Below, in pieces: positions 42,061 through 49,550 of a stretch of 64,000 nucleotides of DNA. The stretch comes from Verrucomicrobiota bacterium. GTDB taxonomy: Bacteria; Verrucomicrobiota; Verrucomicrobiia; Limisphaerales; UBA11358. Below the pieces are notes generated by a model. That model saw only the letters and a program-made list of their open reading frames with translations. It did no database searches and was not told the DNA's origin. Within the stretch, counting starts at the first letter, position 1, and each line of letters opens with the position of its first letter. The stretch spans positions 471 to 64,470 of the forward strand of contig JAJPJM010000153.1 of NCBI GenBank assembly GCA_021324235.1, written 5' to 3'. The translations under genes and the position numbers were made by a program.

Positions 42061-43950
42061 TTACGCCTTCCAGATCATGTCGGCCACGGTGCGGCCTGCC
42101 GGAATGAACGGGATGACGTGCGTGCTGTAAGGCGTGACCACGTCGAGAATGTAAGGCTCCCTGGCGTCGAGCATCCGCTGGATGGCGGCGCGCAAATCCT
42201 TTTTGTACATCACGCGCTCGCATTTGACCCCGAATGAATTGCAGACGCGGACGTAGTCGGGATAAATCTCGGGACGATGTTCCGGATCACCGAGATAGGT
42301 ATGGCCGCGGTTGCCGGCGTAGAAGTTGTCCTCCCACTGCACCACCATGCCGAGGTGCTGATTGTTCAGAATGATGGCCTTGGCGTTGATTTTTTCGACA
42401 TGCGCGGTGGCCAGCTCCTGGATGTTCATCAGGAACGAGCCGTCGCCGTCGATGTCGATCACTTCCTTGTCCGGGTGGGCGATCTTGATGCCGAGCGCCG
42501 CCGGAAAACCAAAACCCATTGAACCCAGCCCGCCGCTGGTGATGAACTGGCGCGGATGTTCGTATTTGAACCATTGACCGGCCCACATCTGGTGCTGGCC
42601 CACGCCGGTGGTGATGATGGCGTCGCCCTTGGTCAATTCGTACAGCGTCTCGACCACCATTTGCTGAAGGATGACCTGGTTTTCGTGTCCTTGCATGTGG
42701 TCTTTCATGTGGTCGCTGCCGGCAATTTCACTCGTGATGCGATAGGCGAACGGCCCCTTCTTCTTCCACTCGTCAATCTGCGCGAGCCAAGCGGTGTGCT
42801 TTTTGTTGAGCGGGCGCTTGGCCAGCATGGCATTGAGCCGTGTCAGCGCGTCCTTGATGTCGCCCACCACGGGGAGGTGTGCCTTCCGGTTTTTGTTTAA
42901 CTCGGATGCGTCGATGTCCAGATGGACAATCGTGCCTTGTTTGCAGAATTCCTCGAACTTGCCGGTCACCCGGTCGTCAAACCGCACGCCGAAGGCGAGC
43001 AGCAAATCCGCACCGTCCTTGATCTTCACCATGGGGTCGTTGAAAGACTTGCGGAGTTCATATTCGCCATTGACGGCCCAGTTGGCAAAGGCCGCCCCGT
43101 GCATGCCCAGCCAGCGCAACGAAAGTGGATGCGTTTCGGGAAAGCCGCCGATGCCCATGAGCGTCGTGGTCACCGGAATGTTCGTGGCCTCGGCAAACTT
43201 CTTCAATTCCGCCGCCGCATCGCCGCTGATGATGCCGCCGCCGCAGTAAATCACCGGGCGTTCGGCCTTTTCAATCAGGCCCACGATTTCGTTCAACGCG
43301 AGGTCGTCGGCACGCAGGTCGGGTTGAGTGTAGCCGCGCAGACCTTTCTTGATCTGCGCCAGGGTCGGCCAGACCGGCTGGGTTTTGGCCTGTTGGATGT
43401 TTTTGGGCACGTCAATCACCACCGGGCCGGGCCGGCCGGTTTGCGCGATGTAAAACGCCTCCTTCACGATGCGCGGAATGTCGTTCACGTCCGTGATGAG
43501 GTAGCTGTGCTTCACAATGGGCAGTGTCACGCCGATGATGTCGGTTTCCTGGAAGGCGCCGCGGCCGATCATGTTCTGGTTGACCTGGCCGGTGATGGCG
43601 ATGAGCGGACAGGAATCCAGGTAGGCATCGGCGACGGCGGTGACGAGGTTGGTTGCCCCCGGTCCGCTGGTGCCCATGCACACGCCGGCCTTGCCGGTGG
43701 CGCGGCCATAACCTTCCGCCGCGAAACTGCCGCCCTGCTCGTGGCGCGGCAGGATGGTGCGGATTTTGGACTTCGTGAGCGACTGGTGGATTTCCATGCT
43801 CGCGCCGCCGGGATAGGCAAAAATGACTTCGACGCCTTCGCGTTCCAGGGCTTCGACGAGGATGTCGCGCCCGAACATGGCGGCGCCGACCTCGGCGCGG
43901 GCGGGGGAGGCGGGTTTTTTACTGGCAACGGTTTCAGTTGACTTGCTCAT
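42061..43950 (-). CDS. ilvB: Acetolactate synthase, large (catalytic) subunit, biosynthetic type
   Basis: 629 aa. ThDP-enzyme motifs are present (GGASMEIHQSL, GTSGPGATNLVT, GLGSMGFGFPAALG, IDGDGSFLMN). No ilvN-like small subunit gene follows. Confidence 0.9.
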   Translation of the reverse strand: MSKSTETVASKKPASPARAEVGAAMFGRDILVEALEREGVEVIFAYPGGASMEIHQSLTKSKIRTILPRHEQGGSFAAEGYGRATGKAGVCMGTSGPGATNLVTAVADAYLDSCPLIAITGQVNQNMIGRGAFQETDIIGVTLPIVKHSYLITDVNDIPRIVKEAFYIAQTGRPGPVVIDVPKNIQQAKTQPVWPTLAQIKKGLRGYTQPDLRADDLALNEIVGLIEKAERPVIYCGGGIISGDAAAELKKFAEATNIPVTTTLMGIGGFPETHPLSLRWLGMHGAAFANWAVNGEYELRKSFNDPMVKIKDGADLLLAFGVRFDDRVTGKFEEFCKQGTIVHLDIDASELNKNRKAHLPVVGDIKDALTRLNAMLAKRPLNKKHTAWLAQIDEWKKKGPFAYRITSEIAGSDHMKDHMQGHENQVILQQMVVETLYELTKGDAIITTGVGQHQMWAGQWFKYEHPRQFITSGGLGSMGFGFPAALGIKIAHPDKEVIDIDGDGSFLMNIQELATAHVEKINAKAIILNNQHLGMVVQWEDNFYAGNRGHTYLGDPEHRPEIYPDYVRVCNSFGVKCERVMYKKDLRAAIQRMLDAREPYILDVVTPYSTHVIPFIPAGRTVADMIWKA

Positions 43951-43959
43951 AGGTTTTGC

Positions 43960-44036
43960 GATTAAGAGTAAGATTACGATTAAGATTCAAGGTGTGCTAT
44001 GGCAGCATCCTCTTAATCTTGTTCTTAATCTTAATC
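43960..44036. promoter_or_regulatory. AT-rich imperfect inverted repeat built from GATTAA(GA) hexamer/octamer units, immediately upstream of ilvB
   Basis: Left arm GATTAAGAgTAAGAttacGATTAAGA (43960-) pairs with right arm TCTTAATCttgtTCTTAaTCTTAATC (-44036) as 8+5+8 bp. The 3' arm (mRNA sense) ends about 10 nt before the ilvB ATG. Confidence 0.45.
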
Positions 44037-44038
44037 AT
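43997..44038 (-). CDS. Possible 13-codon mini-ORF MIKIKNKIKRMLP within the AT-rich repeat
   Basis: ATG ATT AAG ATT AAG AAC AAG ATT AAG AGG ATG CTG CCA TAG on the reverse strand. May simply be a by-product of the repeat. Confidence 0.2.
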   Translation of the reverse strand: MIKIKNKIKRMLP

Positions 44039-44067
44039 GTTTGGGTTGTGGCCGGCGGCGCGGGTCA

Positions 44068-44102
44068 AACAAAAAACCCACGACTGTTGCCAGCCGTGGG
44101 TT
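44068..44102 (-). terminator. Intrinsic terminator = candidate attenuator of the ilvB leader
   Basis: Reverse strand: aaCCCACGGC-uggcaaca-GUCGUGGGuuuuuug. The stem is 8 bp with one G-U pair, followed by U6. Lies 22 nt after the leader-peptide stop and 118 nt before the ilvB ATG. Confidence 0.7.
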
Positions 44103-44123
44103 CTTGTTAAAGTTTGGTTATGT

Positions 44124-44195
44124 TCAACAAGCGCCAACGGCGTCGCTAACTACGACGACGACCAGACTGACAACATGTAGAACGTTTTTCAACAT
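44124..44195 (-). CDS. Val/Leu-rich leader peptide (23 aa) MLKNVLHVVSLVVVVVSDAVGAC
   Basis: Reverse-strand ATG 44193-44195, TGA 44124-44126. 9 Val and 3 Leu in 23 codons, including five consecutive Val codons (GTC GTC GTC GTA GTT). Too short for the ORF track. Confidence 0.65.
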   Translation of the reverse strand: MLKNVLHVVSLVVVVVSDAVGAC

Positions 44196-44204
44196 TACGC
44201 GTTC

Positions 44205-44232
44205 AGTTTACCGCAGTTACCGGCCGGGTCAA
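44205..44232 (-). promoter_or_regulatory. Candidate sigma-70-type promoter of the ilvB leader
   Basis: Reverse strand TTGACC-N16-TAAACT. The -10 element ends 9 nt before the leader ATG, implying a very short or absent 5' UTR. Confidence 0.4.
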
Positions 44233-44320
44233 GCCCTGTTTTTGGCCAATTTTAGCCCCTTTTTTGCCCTGACCCACGGAAACAAGGGAAACCGCGCAGG
44301 GACAGGGGATTTACGCCAAC

Positions 44321-44347
44321 GAAAAAGCCGCGGAACAATTCCGCGGC
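44321..44347 (-). terminator. Intrinsic terminator of the ribosomal-protein operon (after rplI)
   Basis: Reverse strand GCCGCGGAA-uug-UUCCGCGGC followed by uuuuu. Perfect 9-bp stem, 30 nt after the rplI stop. Confidence 0.75.
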
Positions 44348-44376
44348 GGGTTGGAACCAATGGCGCCGTTAAGGGC

Positions 44377-45078
44377 CTATTCCGCCTTTTCCTTTTTTTC
44401 GGACTTGGGCGTTTTGGCGGTTTTTTCCGCTTTAGGGGCGCGACTTTTCTTCGCCTCCGGGGCTTCGGCTTTTTCGGCCTTTTCCGGTTTTGACGCCTTT
44501 TCACCTTTAACGTCCCGCTTGGCAAAACTGCGTTTCTCCGTCCTGGCTTTTTTACCTTCCTCGGTCTTGGCCTCGGCAGGCGCCGCCGCGACGGTTGCTT
44601 CCGACGCCGGCGTGGCCGCCGGGGTGGTGCTTTCCACGCGAACTTTCAGCGTGCCTTTGACTTCGGCATGCAAATGCAGTTCGACCTCATACTCGCCCAG
44701 TGTGCGAACCGGGTGTTCCAGGTGGATTTTCTTTTTGTCGAGCGAGATGTCGAACTGATGCTTCAATTCGTCGGCAATCATGCCGGCGGTCACCGACCCG
44801 AACATCTTGCCGTCCTCGCCCGCCTTCACCTTGATGACGCAGATGAGTTTTGACAGCGCCTTGGAAAGTTCGGTCATGGTGTTGAACTCGTGCGCCTCGC
44901 GTTCGGCCCGGCGCTGGCGCAGGGCTTCCAGGTGGCGCCGGTTGGCCTGCGTGAGCGGGATGGCCAGCCGTTGCGGAAAAAGAAAATTGCGCGCGTAACC
45001 GGCGGCAACCTTTACCTGATCGGACTCGGCCCCCAGGCCGACAATGTTATGGGTGAGAATGACTTCAGTCTTTGGCAT
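44377..45078 (-). CDS. rplI: 50S ribosomal protein L9 with a roughly 85-aa Lys/Ala/Glu/Pro-rich C-terminal extension
   Basis: MPKTEVILTHNIVGLGAESDQVKVAAGYARNFLFPQRLA N-terminus. Tail: ..EAKTEEGKKARTEKRSFAKRDVKGEKASKPEKAEKAEAPEAKK... Confidence 0.9.
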   Translation of the reverse strand: MPKTEVILTHNIVGLGAESDQVKVAAGYARNFLFPQRLAIPLTQANRRHLEALRQRRAEREAHEFNTMTELSKALSKLICVIKVKAGEDGKMFGSVTAGMIADELKHQFDISLDKKKIHLEHPVRTLGEYEVELHLHAEVKGTLKVRVESTTPAATPASEATVAAAPAEAKTEEGKKARTEKRSFAKRDVKGEKASKPEKAEKAEAPEAKKSRAPKAEKTAKTPKSEKKEKAE

Positions 45079-45133
45079 ACAAAAATTACTGGTTGAGAGT
45101 TAAGGATTGAGAGCCAGGGCTCCCAAAATTCAT

Positions 45134-45589
45134 TTAAAAAGGAACGTCATCGCTTTCCGGCGGCGCGTCGCCGTCGGCAGGTTCGGCGGCGGCGGGTGCG
45201 GAACCGGCCGTCGCGCGCGGGCGGGGCGTTTCGGCCGCGCCTTCGCCGCGGCCGCCGCCAGAGTCCAGAAATTGAAAGTTTTCCAGCACAACGCCGAGTT
45301 TGCTCTTCTTCTGGCCGCTTTGTTTGTCTTCCCAGGTATCGTAACGCAGGCGGCCTTCGATGAGGATCGGCCGGCCTTTTTTCAGATATTGGCCGATGGT
45401 CTCGGCGGTTTTGCCGAAGGCGTCCACATCCACAAAAGTCACCTCTTCCTTCATTTCGCCGGTTTCGCTCTTCCACTTGCGGTTGCAGGCGATGCCGATG
45501 CGGGCCACCGCCGTGCCCTTGGGCGTGTAGCGCAATTCGGGGTCGCGGGTCAAATTTCCGGCGAGAATCACTTTGTTGAAACTGGCCAT
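45134..45589 (-). CDS. ssb: Single-stranded DNA-binding protein
   Basis: MASFNKVILAGNLTRDPELRYTPKGTAVA OB-fold start, Gly/Pro/Ala-rich linker, and the acidic tip DDVPF. Confidence 0.9.
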   Translation of the reverse strand: MASFNKVILAGNLTRDPELRYTPKGTAVARIGIACNRKWKSETGEMKEEVTFVDVDAFGKTAETIGQYLKKGRPILIEGRLRYDTWEDKQSGQKKSKLGVVLENFQFLDSGGGRGEGAAETPRPRATAGSAPAAAEPADGDAPPESDDVPF

Positions 45590-45623
45590 AGGAAGTTTAG
45601 GGTTGGGGTTGGGGGTTGACGGA

Positions 45624-45929
45624 CTATTTGGCGGGTTTGGGCTCGGGCGACTGCGTGAAGAAAACGCGAAAAACCTCGTCGTTCAACGCCAGTTTCGTCC
45701 GTAGTTGCGTGACAATCGTCGGCGTGCCGGTGAAAATGACATTCGCGTAAAAGCCGGCGTTGTGTTTTTTGTCCGCCACGCGCGCAAAGCTTTTCCGGTC
45801 CATCTTTTGCACCGTTTCGACCTTGCCGCCCGCCGCCGTGATTTCAGAGGAAATCTTGTCGAGAGCGTCCTTGACGCCTTCTTCCCGTCCCGCCGTATTC
45901 AGGATGAACAGACCTTCGTATCGTTTCAC
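45624..45929 (-). CDS. rpsF: 30S ribosomal protein S6
   Basis: MKRYEGLFILNTAGREEG.. 101 aa. Start overlaps the pth stop by 4 nt. Confidence 0.9.
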   Translation of the reverse strand: MKRYEGLFILNTAGREEGVKDALDKISSEITAAGGKVETVQKMDRKSFARVADKKHNAGFYANVIFTGTPTIVTQLRTKLALNDEVFRVFFTQSPEPKPAK

Positions 45930-46531
45930 TTTTTTTGTTTTTCGTTCGCGGAGTCCACGACTCCATTAAACTGGTTCATTGCTTTTTGTATGCCGTCGTT
46001 CAGCCAGCACTCGGCCTGGCCGGCCGCCCGGTCCAAAACTTTTTCCATCAGTGCCGCTTCCGCCCGGTCAAAACGACTGAGCACGTAATCCGTGATTTCC
46101 CGCGCGCCGTCCCGGCGCCCGATGCCGAGCCGCAGCCGGCCAAAGTCACGCGAACCCAGATGTTGCTCGATGGATTCCAGCCCGTGATGGCCGCCGCTGC
46201 TGCCACCCGCCCGCAACCGGATCTCGCCCAAAGGCAAATCCGCATCGTCCACCGCCACCAGAATCCGCGTCCGCGGCAACCGGTAAAAATTCACCACCGC
46301 CCCGACCGTTTCGCCGCTCGCGTTCATGAACGTCTGCGGCTGGCACAGCAACACGTGGCGGTCGTGGCGCTCCGCGCGGGCCATCTGCGCATTGAACCGG
46401 CGTTCGCGCTTCCAATCCACCCGCCAGCGGAGGGCCAGTTGTTCGACCAGCAACCAACCGGCATTGTGGCGCGTCTTCGCATATTCCGCACCCGGATTGC
46501 CCAGGCCCACGATGAGATGCAATGACTCCAT
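45926..46531 (-). CDS. pth: Peptidyl-tRNA hydrolase
   Basis: LIVGLGNPGAEYAKTRHNAGW and GHHGLESI motifs. Confidence 0.9.
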   Translation of the reverse strand: MESLHLIVGLGNPGAEYAKTRHNAGWLLVEQLALRWRVDWKRERRFNAQMARAERHDRHVLLCQPQTFMNASGETVGAVVNFYRLPRTRILVAVDDADLPLGEIRLRAGGSSGGHHGLESIEQHLGSRDFGRLRLGIGRRDGAREITDYVLSRFDRAEAALMEKVLDRAAGQAECWLNDGIQKAMNQFNGVVDSANEKQKK

Positions 46532-46573
46532 GCGCGGCGCGGGCGCGGCGATCCTCGCGGACCGCCCGCAAAA

Positions 46574-47368
46574 TTATTTCTTTTTCTCCGCCGGCTTCTT
46601 CTCGCCAGCTTTCTCGGCGCCTTTTTCCGCCGTGGCCGCGCCTTTCTCGGCGCCTTTGGCCGGGGCTTTCTCGCCGGGCTTGGCGCCCTTTTCGCCCTTG
46701 GCCGGCGCTTCCCCTTCTTCGCCCTCTTCCTTCTTTTCCTTGATCATTTCGACGTCGCCGGCGGCCGCCGCGGCGCCTTCGGCCGGGGCGACTTCTTCTT
46801 CCGCACGCGGCAGCGCCACGGCCACGACCGGTATGTTTTTGTCGCCGATGAGTTCGACGCCAGCGGGCACCTTGATTTCACCCAGATGGATGGCCTTGCC
46901 GAGTTCGAGATGGCTGACATCAATGATAATCTGCTCCGGCAAATCCTTGGGCAGACAGCGGACTTTGAGCTTGAACAGGACGTGTTCGAGCACGCCGCCG
47001 CCGGTCTTCACGCCGGCGGCTTCACCGACGGTTTCCAGCGGCACCTGGACAATGACCTTTTCATTCTCGGCCACTTCGTGAAAATCCACGTGCAACACCT
47101 TGCCGTCGAGCGGGTGATGCTGGATTTCCTGGACGAGGGCGAGGCGCTTGGCGCGGGCGTCGTTTTCCACGGACAGATCCACCAGCAGATTCTCCGAGGC
47201 GGAATGGTGAATCAGGTCGCCGATTTCCTTAGCGCTGATTTCGAGGTTTTGCGGTTTCGCCTGGCGGCCGTAAATGACCGCCGGTACGCGACCCGTGTCG
47301 CGCAGTTTTTTGACTCCACCCCGACGCGTCTGCGTCCGGGGATACGCTTTTAATGGCACCGATTTCAT
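46574..47368 (-). CDS. rplY: 50S ribosomal protein L25 / general stress protein Ctc with a Lys/Ala/Glu/Gly-rich C-terminal tail
   Basis: ORF 46574..47419(-); start moved to MKSVPLKAYPR. GRVPAVIYG motif. Tail: ..KEKKEEGEEGEAPAKGEKGAKPGEKAPAKGAEKG..KKPAEKKK. Confidence 0.85.
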   Translation of the reverse strand: MKSVPLKAYPRTQTRRGGVKKLRDTGRVPAVIYGRQAKPQNLEISAKEIGDLIHHSASENLLVDLSVENDARAKRLALVQEIQHHPLDGKVLHVDFHEVAENEKVIVQVPLETVGEAAGVKTGGGVLEHVLFKLKVRCLPKDLPEQIIIDVSHLELGKAIHLGEIKVPAGVELIGDKNIPVVAVALPRAEEEVAPAEGAAAAAGDVEMIKEKKEEGEEGEAPAKGEKGAKPGEKAPAKGAEKGAATAEKGAEKAGEKKPAEKKK

Positions 47369-47390
47369 GCTAAAATGACTTTCTTGCGGG

Positions 47391-48335
47391 CTAACTGGTG
47401 CGCCCGCCTTTGAATTCAAAGAGCGAATTCACCGACGAATTGCTGTTGATTCGTTTGATGGCTTCGCCCAAAAGCCCCGCCACCGTCAGGGTGGTTATCT
47501 TCACACCGTCAATTGCGGGGCGTTGGACTGTATCAGTTGTAATCAATTCGTCAATCGCTGATTTTCGCAATCTTTCGATGCCTACATTGTTGAGAATCGC
47601 ATGGGAAACACAGGCCAGAATCTTCTTGGCGCCTTTTTTCTTCAATAACGCCGCCGCCGATGTCAGCGTACCCGCCGTCTCCGTCAAATCGTCCACCAAC
47701 AGGATGTTTTTGCCCCGGATTTCGCCGATGACCGCCATGGATTCCACTTCCGTGGCGTTCTTGCGCCGTTTCGCCACGATGGCCAGTCCGGATTCCAGCA
47801 CCTGGGAATACGCGTGCGCCATCTTCAATCCCCCCACATCCGGGCTGACCACCACCAAATCGGGCAGGCTTTTCTTTCGCAAATAATCGTACATGACCGG
47901 CGCGGCGTAGAGATGATCCACCGGAATGTCGAAGAACCCCTGGATCTGCTGCGCATGCAAATCCATCGCGAGGATGCGGTTGACGCCCGCGGCCACCAGC
48001 AGGTTGGCGATGAGCTTGGCCGTGATGGGCACGCGCGGCTGGTCCTTGCGATCCTGCCGGGCGTAGCCGTAAAACGGCAGCACGGCCGTGATGCGCGATG
48101 CACTCGCCCGCCGCAACGCGTCAATCATGATGAACAACTCCATCAAATTGTGATTGGTCGGCGGCGACGTCGGCTGCACCACGAACACGTCCTCGCCGCG
48201 CACGTTCTCCTCGATTTTGATGAACGTCTCACCGTCCGGAAAGGGCTGGATGGAGCATTTGCCCAGCTCGATGTTGATGGATTTGCAAATCGCGCGAGCC
48301 AAAGGCTCATTGGCGGTGCCGCTGAAAACTTTCAC
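47391..48335 (-). CDS. prs: Ribose-phosphate pyrophosphokinase (PRPP synthetase)
   Basis: GTG start. VFSGTANEPLA, YARQDRK and DLHAQQIQGFF motifs. Confidence 0.9.
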   Translation of the reverse strand: MKVFSGTANEPLARAICKSINIELGKCSIQPFPDGETFIKIEENVRGEDVFVVQPTSPPTNHNLMELFIMIDALRRASASRITAVLPFYGYARQDRKDQPRVPITAKLIANLLVAAGVNRILAMDLHAQQIQGFFDIPVDHLYAAPVMYDYLRKKSLPDLVVVSPDVGGLKMAHAYSQVLESGLAIVAKRRKNATEVESMAVIGEIRGKNILLVDDLTETAGTLTSAAALLKKKGAKKILACVSHAILNNVGIERLRKSAIDELITTDTVQRPAIDGVKITTLTVAGLLGEAIKRINSNSSVNSLFEFKGGRTS

Positions 48336-48407
48336 GAGTTAATTATCTTTCTGGTTAAAAAATGGGCCGTCGCACTGAAGCGGCGCCGGGCCGCGCCGCG
48401 AAGGCGG

Positions 48408-48434
48408 AAAAAACCGTCCCGCCATGCGGGACGG
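48408..48434 (-). terminator. Orphan terminator-like hairpin upstream of prs (no upstream same-strand gene)
   Basis: Reverse strand CCGTCCCGC-aug-GCGGGACGG followed by uuuuuu. The core is one base different from the hairpin at 4192-4208. Confidence 0.4.
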
Positions 48435-48504
48435 ATGAAAATGCGGCATGACTTTAACAATGAACGAACTTGGCGCAAGTGGAAATTGCGCGTTAGCATG
48501 GGCC

Positions 48505-49398
48505 ATGCGTTATCGGATGCTGGGCAAAACGGGTTTGCGCGTATCGATCATCGGCGTCGGCACCTGGCAGTTTGGCGGCGAGTGGGGACACGATTTCTCG
48601 CAGGCCGAGGCCGACGCCATCCTCGACGCGGCGGCCGAATGCGGCATCAACTTCATCGACACTGCCGAATGCTACGGCGATCACCTGTCCGAGCGGCTGA
48701 TCGGCGATTATCTTTCGCGACGCGACCGCACGCGCTGGCATGTGGCAACCAAGTTCGGCCACCATTTCAAGAGTTTCATGAATCGCGACGACGACTTTTC
48801 AATCGCCGGCGTGAGACAACAATTGGAGGCTTCGCTCCGGGCCCTGCGCGTCGAGACGATTGACCTCTACCAGTTTCATTCCGGTTCCGACGCGCTGTTT
48901 CAAAACCAGGAATTGTGGGCGATGCTGGCGGAACAAAAGCGCGCCGGGAAAATCCGGCATCTGGGGGTCTCCATTTTGCAGAAAGGCAGCGAGTTTCAGG
49001 CGCGTGAGGCCGCGAAATTCGGCGTGGAGGCATTGCAGGTTTTTTACAACCGGCTTGATCGCCGCGCGGAGACCCTGTATTTCCCGCAGGCGCAGAAAGA
49101 GAACCTCGGCGTCCTCGCCCGGGTGCCGCTCGCCAGCGGATTGCTTTCGGGCAAACACAAACCCGGGGCGACCTTTGCCGCCAATGATGTGCGCGCGATG
49201 TTCGACGCCGAAAAATTGAAACGCGATCTCGCCGAAGTGGAGCGCCTGCAAAAGGAGGAAGTGCCGCCCGGTATGCCGATGGCCCAATGGGCCATGGCGT
49301 GGTGCCTGAAAAATCCCGTGGTGTCCGCGCTCATCCCCGGCTGCAAAAATCCGGAACAAGTGCGCGCCAACGCCGGCGCGGCGGAGCTGGCGCCATAG
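48505..49398 (+). CDS. Aldo/keto reductase (cytoplasmic)
   Basis: ORF 48448..49398(+); start moved to MRYRMLGKTGLRVSIIGVGTWQFGG. INFIDTAECYG and GVSILQ motifs. Confidence 0.85.
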   Translation: MRYRMLGKTGLRVSIIGVGTWQFGGEWGHDFSQAEADAILDAAAECGINFIDTAECYGDHLSERLIGDYLSRRDRTRWHVATKFGHHFKSFMNRDDDFSIAGVRQQLEASLRALRVETIDLYQFHSGSDALFQNQELWAMLAEQKRAGKIRHLGVSILQKGSEFQAREAAKFGVEALQVFYNRLDRRAETLYFPQAQKENLGVLARVPLASGLLSGKHKPGATFAANDVRAMFDAEKLKRDLAEVERLQKEEVPPGMPMAQWAMAWCLKNPVVSALIPGCKNPEQVRANAGAAELAP

Positions 49399-49550
49399 TC
49401 CGGCTGGCCCGGTTATTTCGCCGCCTACCCACGCGATTGTTTGCGTCACCGATGATGATTGATGCATGCTGGGATTCTAATTCGAGTTATTTCTGGCACA
49501 AGGCGTTGCCGGGTAAAATGGCACGGAAACGGCTTTACAGGGCGATAAGT

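Noticed and set aside
45598-45622. GGGTTGGGGTTGGGGGTTG (telomere-like / G-quadruplex-like) tract between rpsF and ssb
   Set aside because: There are only three G-runs plus a GG, and the tract lies on the non-template side of a 34-nt spacer. It is too short to argue for a quadruplex, so I treat it as part of the short-period repeat phenomenon.
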